This document shows positions 17,686-26,004 of a DNA stretch of 36,574 nt, in pieces (positions within the stretch are counted from its first letter, which is position 1; each line of letters opens with the position of its first letter). The notes under the pieces were generated by a model. It saw only the letters and a program-made list of their open reading frames with translations, was not told the origin of the DNA and did not search any database. The stretch is from the IMG/VR virus record IMGVR_UViG_3300011116_000453, positions 1 through 36,574 of that record; one strand, given 5' to 3'. The position numbers and the translations under genes are program-made. Source of the DNA: a virus (taxonomy: Duplodnaviria; Caudoviricetes).

Positions 17686-19017
17686 TCAAGTGAGGTTTTT
17701 CACACGGAATATTCTGTAATAAATATTTGCATTGCTAGCAGTATTACGTTCACCAACAACACCGTCACCAGCAGTTGTCGCAAACGGATTTGCCACCATT
17801 CCATACCTTGTCTTGAACCCGATTTTCGGCTGGAAGGTATCTTGACCAATTGCACGAACCATCTGGAGAGGAACGTATGGGCAATAGAATAGGCCTGCAT
17901 CATAAGGTGAAGTGCCCTTATAACCAACAGTGACTAGTTCATCACCATTGCTTGAACCACCAAAATATGGATCGACGTAAACCTTGATGCGACCATGGAG
18001 CATACCAGCGAAGGTATTGCCAGTGTCGTCAACATTTAGATTAGCCTGAAGTGCTGGAGTATAATCCAGAACGCCTGCCATTGCCATTGCTGAAGCAACA
18101 TCTGAAGAAACGATCACGATGTTGCCCTTGCCGCGGCGAGTAGCCTTAGCAATTGCGTTAGCATCACGCTCGATCTGGAAGATTAGGCCCTTGAACTTCT
18201 CAACTGACCAACGGCCATTTGAATCTGTATCAAGATCGAAAGTACCAGCGGTTGTAGTACCGTATGCAGCGCCGAGTGTTGCTGACCGATAAATTGTACG
18301 AACAACTTCACGGTTGATTTCAGCAAGAATCTCAGTTGATAGAATGTTAGCAAGTTCAGTCTCAGCATCTAGACCATGAACGGCCTTAAGATCCTGAGCA
18401 AGTTCCATGGTATACTCTGCCTTGAGTGCGCGGCTTCTAGCAGTAACAGTGACCTTATCAATGCTGAATGCCATTTCACCGAAGCCATTTGAAGAAGAAT
18501 CTCCAAGAGCTTCAGCTTGAGCAGTTGTCATACCCTTGCCAGTAACGAAAGAACCGGAATCGCCCAGCCCCAGAACTGGGTTGGTGTTACCGGCTGGGTG
18601 TGCACCGACGCTACCGAGAGTAAATGCATTGTTCTGTGAAGAGAATGCAGTATTAGCTTCGTTGAATAGTGCTTCGACACCAGTCTGATTGGTCATGCGT
18701 GACTTCATTGCGAAGATAAGCCCGGTTGGGCCAGTCATTGGCTGAACGCCGCAGATATCATATGCGATGAGGTTTGGTAGTGCGCGGCGAACCAAGCTGA
18801 TTAGAATTGGATCATAGCTACCGATTGCAGCACCAGTAGCATTAGCTGGTGCTGATTCGAAAAGATTTGACTGACGACCTTCTTCAGCCATAGCCTTCTC
18901 TTGATTTTCCAGAACGAGTGCAGTAACAGCACGGCGATATGGATCCTTAATTGATGGTAGCCCGTTAAAGTCTAGGACGGGTGACCACTTAGTCTCTAAG
19001 GTTTCTGTTAAATACAT
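17686..19017 (-). CDS. gp23: Major capsid protein
   Basis: KWSPVL, LENQE, DPILISLVRR..PNLIAYDICGVQPM.GPTG, ELAQDLKAVHGLDAE and FYCPYVPL. Start is MYLTE. Confidence 0.98.
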   Translation of the reverse strand: MYLTETLETKWSPVLDFNGLPSIKDPYRRAVTALVLENQEKAMAEEGRQSNLFESAPANATGAAIGSYDPILISLVRRALPNLIAYDICGVQPMTGPTGLIFAMKSRMTNQTGVEALFNEANTAFSSQNNAFTLGSVGAHPAGNTNPVLGLGDSGSFVTGKGMTTAQAEALGDSSSNGFGEMAFSIDKVTVTARSRALKAEYTMELAQDLKAVHGLDAETELANILSTEILAEINREVVRTIYRSATLGAAYGTTTAGTFDLDTDSNGRWSVEKFKGLIFQIERDANAIAKATRRGKGNIVIVSSDVASAMAMAGVLDYTPALQANLNVDDTGNTFAGMLHGRIKVYVDPYFGGSSNGDELVTVGYKGTSPYDAGLFYCPYVPLQMVRAIGQDTFQPKIGFKTRYGMVANPFATTAGDGVVGERNTASNANIYYRIFRVKNLT

Positions 19018-19036
19018 AGTTTTAGTACCTTTCTTA

Positions 19037-19567
19037 TTATGCATAAAGTAATTTTACTTTATGCCCTTTGTGTTGTTTTCTATTTTGTATGCCATATGCT
19101 ACTGATCTTAGAGCAAATTCGCATAAATTGTTTTCTTTCGCAAACTTTCTTAAGTTATTTATAATTTTTATTTCTCCATTTGGAAATATTATTTCCCAAC
19201 TTTTAGCATTACAAGTTAACTTTTCTTGATGGTCTTTAGTTCTGGTCGATTTTTTAACACCTTTACGTTTAATACTCATTCTTTTTTTAGTATCTTCAGA
19301 ATGTTTTGAAAACCAACCATCACCACCATCTGTTTTATTTAATAGAATGCCAATTCCTATATCTTTTCTACCATACCAACGAATATATCTTCTTTCTAAC
19401 GCACACGCACCAAGATTAGTTAAATCAGATTCCATTACAACTCTTAAAGCCTTATTTTTAGGAATTGATAAACCTTTATGTTTTTCGTTTATCCTGTTAT
19501 TTTTACCTTTTCCTATATAATAAGGTGTTAAATCTCTCTTTCTTAAATAAGCATATATATAATACAT
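19037..19567 (-). CDS. GIY-YIG-like homing endonuclease between gp22 and gp23
   Basis: YYIYAY..PYYIGKG...R, E..YI..YGR.D...G.L.N.TDGGDG and NUMOD3-like [10 protein letters not shown]. Confidence 0.85.
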   Translation of the reverse strand: MYYIYAYLRKRDLTPYYIGKGKNNRINEKHKGLSIPKNKALRVVMESDLTNLGACALERRYIRWYGRKDIGIGILLNKTDGGDGWFSKHSEDTKKRMSIKRKGVKKSTRTKDHQEKLTCNAKSWEIIFPNGEIKIINNLRKFAKENNLCEFALRSVAYGIQNRKQHKGHKVKLLYA

Positions 19568-19624
19568 ACTGATACCTCCTTTTTAGGTATTAGAGCGGGC
19601 GGGTGTTACAGCACCGTGGCCCGC
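19568..19624 (-). promoter_or_regulatory. Structured endonuclease leader, copy 2
   Basis: GCGGGC-CAC-GGTG-CTGTAA-CACC-C-GCCCGC-TCTAA-TACCT-AAAAAGG-AGGTA. A late-promoter-like AATAAAT sits immediately upstream. Confidence 0.75.
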
Positions 19625-19629
19625 ATTTA

Positions 19630-20886
19630 TTAGTTAGGTAGTTTCCGACCAAGAGTTTGTACATATCGAGCCATTGGGCCTTGTAGATTTTCATTAAGCA
19701 CGCGGCCATCAGGGCTTGATTCTATTTCCGCTCTATCAAGTGCTAAGTTACCTTCGCCTGTTGATCGAATTGGGAAATAGTTCTCTCTTAGTGTCATTAT
19801 CTTTTTTGCAAATTCGCCCTCAGAAGTAAATTCAACGCCTTCTGAAAGTGTCTTAAGCTTTTCAGCCTGAGTATCAGTTAGCCCATCACAAGCATTAGCT
19901 AATACTTCAAACTGCTTTGATTCGCCGAGTGTTTTATTGAGATGAACATTTCGGCTAATTTCTTCGTTGAGCTTGCTCTCAAGTTCTGTAACTTTTGATC
20001 CTAGCTCTTCTATGACGGAAACCTTATCTTCTGGGATATCGATATAGTTCTCTGCGAAAAGTTGGCGGAGACCAGTGATAAAGTCTTCGGTTAGTTCTGT
20101 GCGAAGGCCATTCTCGATAGCAACTTCGTTTTCTGTAACCCATTGCTCAACAACATAGTTGAGATAATCATCAACATTTGAAGAAAGATTCTCAGTGATT
20201 TCCTGGACTTGCTCTTCAAGTGTCTCAGCATATGCTTCTTGGATTTTGACTAGTTCCTCTTCGACCTTCTGCTGAACAGCAGCTTCGAAGATTGTTGTAG
20301 CCTTTTCCTTAAATTCTTCTGAAAGGTCTTCACCCTGAAGGAGTGCTTCAATGTGCTCGGACATATCAATCTTAGCAACTTTCTCTTGAGCTATTTCTTC
20401 ATTTTGAACAGACTCTTCAGCAGTATCTTCTGATACCATTTCAAAGTTTGCTTCGATAGCTTCAGCGATCTGATCTTCGGTTAGACCTTCAGCCATCTTT
20501 TCTTGGATAAAGTTCTGAAGTTCTTCAGAGATTTCAAAATCTTCTTCCATAGCTTCAGCAGAAGCTGACTTCTCTGCCGGAGCAGCTTTGCGCGATGACT
20601 GTGAAGATGCACTAGTATCTTTGCCAATCTTCTTCGAAGCTTTAGCTGAAGGAGGAACATCTCCTTGCTTAACTAGTGCTGGACCAAGGTCTTCAGCATC
20701 ATTAGAATATGCTCCTGATGGAGAATCAGCTCCTGGATTAGCAAATGCTTTGCTGTCGTCTGGGTTAGACTTTGGGCGAAGAGTTGCTGAATTTGGATTT
20801 GTGTTGTTCGCATCTCGATCAGGAGACGAATCGTTCGACTCCTTCATAAGAATAGCCTTTGCAGTTTCAGATAGTGACTTAGCCAT
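19630..20886 (-). CDS. gp22: Prohead core scaffold protein
   Basis: LSEEFKEKATTIFEAAV, VDDYLNYVVEQW..ENEVAIE and LF.E.YIDIPE. Confidence 0.93.
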   Translation of the reverse strand: MAKSLSETAKAILMKESNDSSPDRDANNTNPNSATLRPKSNPDDSKAFANPGADSPSGAYSNDAEDLGPALVKQGDVPPSAKASKKIGKDTSASSQSSRKAAPAEKSASAEAMEEDFEISEELQNFIQEKMAEGLTEDQIAEAIEANFEMVSEDTAEESVQNEEIAQEKVAKIDMSEHIEALLQGEDLSEEFKEKATTIFEAAVQQKVEEELVKIQEAYAETLEEQVQEITENLSSNVDDYLNYVVEQWVTENEVAIENGLRTELTEDFITGLRQLFAENYIDIPEDKVSVIEELGSKVTELESKLNEEISRNVHLNKTLGESKQFEVLANACDGLTDTQAEKLKTLSEGVEFTSEGEFAKKIMTLRENYFPIRSTGEGNLALDRAEIESSPDGRVLNENLQGPMARYVQTLGRKLPN

Positions 20887-20912
20887 GGTAGATTTCTCCT
20901 TTATATTAATAT

Positions 20913-20920
20913 TATTTATG
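20913..20920 (-). promoter_or_regulatory. Late promoter for gp22
   Basis: CATAAATA upstream of the AAGGAG SD. Confidence 0.65.
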
Positions 20921-20924
20921 TTAC

Positions 20925-21575
20925 TTAGAGTTTAGAGATGAAGTTTGTGAATACTTTAAGAGCCACAGCTTCTATATCATTCCGAGAAGCTTCAGATATC
21001 ATTTTCTTTGCTTTATCGTACTGATACATAGTCCATTTGCCATTCTCAAGGATCCAGTCGCAGTTTTCCATAATGCCTCGGACAAATGCTTCCGGCGCCG
21101 AAGGATCTGCCACAATATCGGCTGCTGTAGCCAAATGAAAGTCATCCTGGACAAGTTGATAGCCATTGTGTGCGCGAAGAGACCCTACGCCTCTTGTAGA
21201 CACACCAAGACTAGCTCCACCATCTAATAAACTCTTAACAATCTTACCATTAGGAGTATCTAATATCTTCGCTTTACCAATAAAATTATTGCCATCTGCT
21301 CGAAGGCTTGTGATCATATGTGATACACGGTCTAAATTGATTGTGGGTGAATCTGGATGCCCTAGTTCACCAAATGCTCTATTCTTGTTTACATAGTCAG
21401 TATTATATCTATTGACTTCTTTTTCAAGAATATGCCGAGGATACATCCGACCATTCTTATTCTTGACTTCGCTCTGGAGAAAGATACCCTCGATGTGTGG
21501 CACTTTTTGGCCAGTCTTAGCGTCTTCAGTCATAAAATATCGAATGTCGTTTACTTGTTCTTTAATTAACTTCAT
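20925..21575 (-). CDS. gp21: Prohead protease
   Basis: IEGIFLQ, N.NGR.YP, GELGHP, GVSTRG.GSL and DIVADPSAP. Confidence 0.96.
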   Translation of the reverse strand: MKLIKEQVNDIRYFMTEDAKTGQKVPHIEGIFLQSEVKNKNGRMYPRHILEKEVNRYNTDYVNKNRAFGELGHPDSPTINLDRVSHMITSLRADGNNFIGKAKILDTPNGKIVKSLLDGGASLGVSTRGVGSLRAHNGYQLVQDDFHLATAADIVADPSAPEAFVRGIMENCDWILENGKWTMYQYDKAKKMISEASRNDIEAVALKVFTNFISKL

Positions 21576-21576
21576 A

Positions 21577-22788
21577 TTATTTAATTCCTAATCTGGATCT
21601 TTTTCTCAGCGACATAGCTCTCTTCCGGAGTGTTCTGGATAGTTTAGCCCGGCGCTTGAGTTTACCTCTTCGCTGACCCATTTTTCTATGCCGTCTTTCA
21701 GTAGGAGACATCCGAGTAAGTTTGCCTCCGCGAAATGTTAGGCCAGGTGCAGTCGATACTTTCTTGCGCCGTTGAACAATACCATTTCGTATACGAGCCT
21801 TGACAATTTTGAATCGAGCTTCATCAAGTGATTTTTTTTCTTTTGTTATCTTGACAGGCCGAGTATAGTAATCTGTAGGTTCTCTATGTTCCCCATATGA
21901 AAGGATTGAATATCCTTGATTTTTTAGTTCTTTATGCTTTGGATTACTGAGCACTTGTTGTTTAGCCCGCTCCGGAGTTTTATGAGGATTATCATGTCCG
22001 GACATAGTAACATGATGGATCACTACATGTTTAGGATGAGATTTTATATAAGACATTTTATAATCAACAGTTTCATCAATTTGGTCGTTATCTTGCATAT
22101 AATCAGACACAGAATTCATATAGTCTGCTGCTTTTGTAATTTTAGATTGTGTCCAAGCTTCAAGTTCTTTATTACCTTTAATTTTAGACATAATGTTCTT
22201 AGCATCTTTAGTGAGCGCCATTAATTCAGACCGAGCCATAGAACTTTCATCGCCAGCGCTATCTTCTTCTTTTATGCTAGAATTCTTGGCTTTCCATGCA
22301 GTAGCATATGCGATAGATTTTTCTTTATCTGTCAATCCATTCTTTGCATATTTAGCTTTGATGTGCTTAACCATTCTTTCATACTTAGCACCAGGAGGAG
22401 CTTTTTCTTTAAGTTGATCCCGATCACCTTTGCTGTCGCGATTTACATTGTTTGGATTGAACATAGCATCAAAACCACCTTTGACGCGATCATTAGGTGT
22501 TTCATCTGGTATATTTTTAGATTTATTAGTAGAATTAATTAAATCACGGATTGGATCATCTGGCATTTTAAGGACTTCATCGCGTCTATCTTCAACATTA
22601 TCGCTTCTTCTCATATTACTAGTATCGAGTTCAAAAATAGCAGACTCTTCTTTAATAACATTCTTAGCAGCAATCATCTTTTTCATCTCGATGATCTTGC
22701 GCTCTGCGATATACTCTAGATTTTCACGGACAAGCTTTTCAGCACCACTAAAATTCTTATTGATAATATCATGGATTATTTTTGTCAT
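21577..22788 (-). CDS. Enlarged prohead core protein: gp67-like N-terminus, inserted modules, gp68-like basic C-terminus
   Basis: C-terminus ..RKRAMSLRKRSRLGIK resembles T4 gp68. Lies immediately upstream of gp21. Confidence 0.65.
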   Translation of the reverse strand: MTKIIHDIINKNFSGAEKLVRENLEYIAERKIIEMKKMIAAKNVIKEESAIFELDTSNMRRSDNVEDRRDEVLKMPDDPIRDLINSTNKSKNIPDETPNDRVKGGFDAMFNPNNVNRDSKGDRDQLKEKAPPGAKYERMVKHIKAKYAKNGLTDKEKSIAYATAWKAKNSSIKEEDSAGDESSMARSELMALTKDAKNIMSKIKGNKELEAWTQSKITKAADYMNSVSDYMQDNDQIDETVDYKMSYIKSHPKHVVIHHVTMSGHDNPHKTPERAKQQVLSNPKHKELKNQGYSILSYGEHREPTDYYTRPVKITKEKKSLDEARFKIVKARIRNGIVQRRKKVSTAPGLTFRGGKLTRMSPTERRHRKMGQRRGKLKRRAKLSRTLRKRAMSLRKRSRLGIK

Positions 22789-23306
22789 TGTGCTGGGCCG
22801 AGATTGAATGCTACTGGATCAGCAATCTGCCCTGCTTCATAATCTGCGCTATTCTTGCGTAGATCGATAAACAGAGTAAATGTTTCTCCGGCTGCATATC
22901 CTGCTGTAGTTATCATTACATTACCTGTTGTATTAGCAACAGCATTAGGATTAGAAATGGTTGCGCCATCACCCATGCTCTGGAAGTCATAATCGAATCT
23001 ATTACTTTTACCAAATGTAACTATTGCTACATTAGTTTGAGCAGCAGTGCCGTGCCATTGCAGAGTAGATATGCCATTGTTTGATTGGGATGCACCAGCA
23101 ATTCTCTTAATCGTTGTTCTATAATTAGACTTTCTATCTGTACCGCCCGTCTTGATTTGACCATTAGCATTTAATGAATATGCTAGTAATGATGCATCCA
23201 GTAATACTGTATTTGCATCAGCACTACCATCAGAAACAAAAACATACTTGAGCAATGATCTTTTAGCTGTATCGATTATGTTTTGTTGTTTAATTACATT
23301 TGCCAT
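22785..23306 (-). CDS. Hypothetical virion protein
   Basis: Coupled ORF in the head module with beta-rich composition. Confidence 0.65.
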   Translation of the reverse strand: MANVIKQQNIIDTAKRSLLKYVFVSDGSADANTVLLDASLLAYSLNANGQIKTGGTDRKSNYRTTIKRIAGASQSNNGISTLQWHGTAAQTNVAIVTFGKSNRFDYDFQSMGDGATISNPNAVANTTGNVMITTAGYAAGETFTLFIDLRKNSADYEAGQIADPVAFNLGPAQ

Positions 23307-23309
23307 TTA

Positions 23310-24869
23310 TTAATACCCCAGTGCGAAATTGACTGCTTTTCTGAATGATTCTTTGCTCTCACTCAGCATTTTCTCAAACTTAGCTTTATTCTCAGTATTC
23401 AAAGATTCATATACAGTAAGAACCTTTTCTGCAATATTAGTATTTATATCAATTAGATTCTCATTTACAACAATATTATTGGATGAGCCACTTTTGACGA
23501 ATTCTCTGATCTGATTTATGATAGTTTCTTCTGATCTGGCAGCGAAATTTCTATTTTGTGCATTTTGCTGGGCAAGACTTGCTACGCCTTGACCTGTAAC
23601 AGCCTTCGCTGCTTCTGGTTTTGCTGATAAGCTAAAGTCTCTATTAGCAGTTACTTTATTGGGATCAACTTCTTTTTCGGATGCTCCTTCGCCGTCGGCT
23701 GATGCTAAAGCTGCTGCACCGGCTCCCACTAAATAGTCTTTGCCTTTACTAAGAGCTTTTCCAAGCAAATTTCTTCCCCAACCTAACGCTCTTCCCACCA
23801 CTGGCGCAGCGACTCTGGCAGCTCCCGCCCCCAATGCAAGCAACGGCAGCGCCTCATCCAACTTTTCTTGTTCTGCTTGATTCTTCTCTTCTATTTTCTT
23901 ATAAAATTTAGATTTTACGGAAGACTCTTCTTTGAATAATTTACCTATTCCCTTTGCTGCTAGCTTTCCAGCACCTATAACTAGTTTTCCCGCACCATAT
24001 GCTGCACCAGCAGCACCAGCAGCGATGAGCGCATGCGGATCTGTGCCTCCTCCCGCAGCATTGTGTATTGCTGATGTAAATCCACCAATACTACTAATCT
24101 TCTTATTTTTCGCTTGTTGATCTATATCTTTTTTAGTATTAGTAATTGCTTGATTAGCCGCGGCTTTTGCTCCCACCTGAGCAATTTCACCTCCCCATGG
24201 CCTACTGTATCCAGGTTTTTGAGGTCCATTCGGTCCAACAGGTCCAAATTTAATTTTATTACCCGTGCGCTTAATTGTTCTTTTATATTTTTCACCTGCT
24301 ATTGCTGCTCTTGCTGCTTCTTCAGGGGTATCATCTGTAGGAACAGATTGCGTGGCGCGAGCAACCACTGCTCTTTGAGCCACTGCTTGAGATATCTCTT
24401 CAAGATTCTCTTCATTAACATCTACAAGAGCACTCTTTTCACCAAAAGCAATAGATATATATTTGTCTAATGCTTGAGAATAATACAATCCCACTGTCTG
24501 CCCACTACCAAATTGTCTAACAGACTTTCTCTTTAGCATAATCATAAAGGGTATTTTTTTAGACCAACTATCTTCTTTTGATTCTTTTTCTGATTCATGC
24601 ATATCATGCCGCATAACATCTTGCTTGACCTTGGTGTATACTTGCTGTGAATGAAGAACTTCATCCATGAGCGAATCGAGAAGATCGAGGAGAAGCTTTC
24701 TTTCAACGGGGCTTAATTTGCCTGAATCTTTTTGTAAAGCTCTTTTAAGCATAGGTATTTTTTTAACATCAAACAAACCAGACCGAGCCAATGCAGTTAG
24801 TTTCCGCATATCATCGTCTTTTTCAACTATAAGATTATAAGACTCTCTAATCTGCTTGATATTAATCAT
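23310..24869 (-). CDS. Hypothetical internal head protein with Gly/Ala-rich amphipathic segments
   Basis: Long ORF in the head module, start MINIKQIRE. Contains several [LIV]xE sites. Confidence 0.6.
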   Translation of the reverse strand: MINIKQIRESYNLIVEKDDDMRKLTALARSGLFDVKKIPMLKRALQKDSGKLSPVERKLLLDLLDSLMDEVLHSQQVYTKVKQDVMRHDMHESEKESKEDSWSKKIPFMIMLKRKSVRQFGSGQTVGLYYSQALDKYISIAFGEKSALVDVNEENLEEISQAVAQRAVVARATQSVPTDDTPEEAARAAIAGEKYKRTIKRTGNKIKFGPVGPNGPQKPGYSRPWGGEIAQVGAKAAANQAITNTKKDIDQQAKNKKISSIGGFTSAIHNAAGGGTDPHALIAAGAAGAAYGAGKLVIGAGKLAAKGIGKLFKEESSVKSKFYKKIEEKNQAEQEKLDEALPLLALGAGAARVAAPVVGRALGWGRNLLGKALSKGKDYLVGAGAAALASADGEGASEKEVDPNKVTANRDFSLSAKPEAAKAVTGQGVASLAQQNAQNRNFAARSEETIINQIREFVKSGSSNNIVVNENLIDINTNIAEKVLTVYESLNTENKAKFEKMLSESKESFRKAVNFALGY

Positions 24870-24873
24870 TATA

Positions 24874-25029
24874 CTAAGCCTTTTTCTGCCCAAAATATTG
24901 CTGGGCCATTACAATCTTTCTTTCTTCGAGTTTCTCTACAGCCTTAGTTGTAAGAGAAGCATTAAAGTTTGTCTTCATCTCATCTAGATTGTTAGTAATG
25001 ATATTCTTAATAGCTTCTTGGACGCTCAT
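24874..25029 (-). CDS. gp67-like prohead core protein
   Basis: MSVQEAIKNI..NNL...K..F......KA.E.LEE.KI.MA..YF resembles T4 gp67. SD AAGGAG and late promoter AATAAATA (25050-25057). Confidence 0.7.
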   Translation of the reverse strand: MSVQEAIKNIITNNLDEMKTNFNASLTTKAVEKLEERKIVMAQQYFGQKKA

Positions 25030-25052
25030 ATACATATCTCCTTTTAATATAT

Positions 25053-26003
25053 TTATTCTTCTATAATAGAACACTTAAATAATGCTACTTGTCCACTTAT
25101 ACCATCACTAGTTTGAGTAATGGTTGAATCTACCATATGAGGACCTGATATGACTCTTAGTTTTGTACCTCGGGGTAAAATCGTTTCCATTTCACCTGTA
25201 GCATCAGATATATTATCTACATATATCGATTTCTGCCCTTCTTCGATATCTATTTCAAATACGACGCCCGCTTCTTGATTCAAATCTGAAAACTGATCTA
25301 TAGCTGTATCATGATCTAATGATGTTGATATATATCCTCTAAAGATATAATCTTTGCCTGGTTTAATTTTTCTAAAGTCGTATCTGGCCGACAGTCCAGT
25401 ATATGTAGTATAATGAAATGGTGCACCTGTTTCTTCAAAAGCAGCATCTATATTCTGTATTTTTTGTGCTACAGCATTGGCTTGATCTGGTTGTGTTTCA
25501 GGATCAAATCCTTTATATAGATACCGATTAATACTAGTAAAGTCTGTTCCAGTATATGCTTTGATAGCATCAACTTCTTCTGGAGTAAATAGAGTTGGTT
25601 GATAAAAATTACTTAATTGAGTAGCAAGTGCTATGACTTCTTTTGTATTTTGTTTCTGATAACTGTTTTTTATATCATCATTTGTTTTAATTGCTTGAAT
25701 AGTTTTCTTTTTTTCTTGATCAAAATGCTTAAAACTATCCACACTAGTTTTAGCAGTTGTCTTAGCTATATTATCATCGATTGATTGAAGTGTTTTACCA
25801 TCTTCTTGTTGTCCTCTGAATGGCAAAAGTTTATTATTTTTGACAATATACTTAACAACGCCCGTTTTATCTGCATAGCGACCAAATCCAACATATGTAA
25901 GACTCATAGTTTTAGCCATCTTAGCAGCTTCTGATGATGGTTCTCTCATCATCGATGCTGTAAGCCCTTCATTCAGAAACTGACTGAATTTGGAAATTGA
26001 CAT
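25053..26003 (-). CDS. VIP2/Alt-like ADP-ribosyltransferase with a capsid-targeting-like N-terminus
   Basis: AIKAYT....SINRYL, GYISTS, and EMETILPRGT (ExE). N-terminus is SKFSQFLNE. Confidence 0.8.
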   Translation of the reverse strand: MSISKFSQFLNEGLTASMMREPSSEAAKMAKTMSLTYVGFGRYADKTGVVKYIVKNNKLLPFRGQQEDGKTLQSIDDNIAKTTAKTSVDSFKHFDQEKKKTIQAIKTNDDIKNSYQKQNTKEVIALATQLSNFYQPTLFTPEEVDAIKAYTGTDFTSINRYLYKGFDPETQPDQANAVAQKIQNIDAAFEETGAPFHYTTYTGLSARYDFRKIKPGKDYIFRGYISTSLDHDTAIDQFSDLNQEAGVVFEIDIEEGQKSIYVDNISDATGEMETILPRGTKLRVISGPHMVDSTITQTSDGISGQVALFKCSIIEE

Positions 26004-26004
26004 A

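Noticed and set aside
13748-19624. Group I introns around the endonuclease genes
   Set aside because: The flanking genes (uvsY, uvsW, gp23, gp22) are uninterrupted and there is no room for a ribozyme core.
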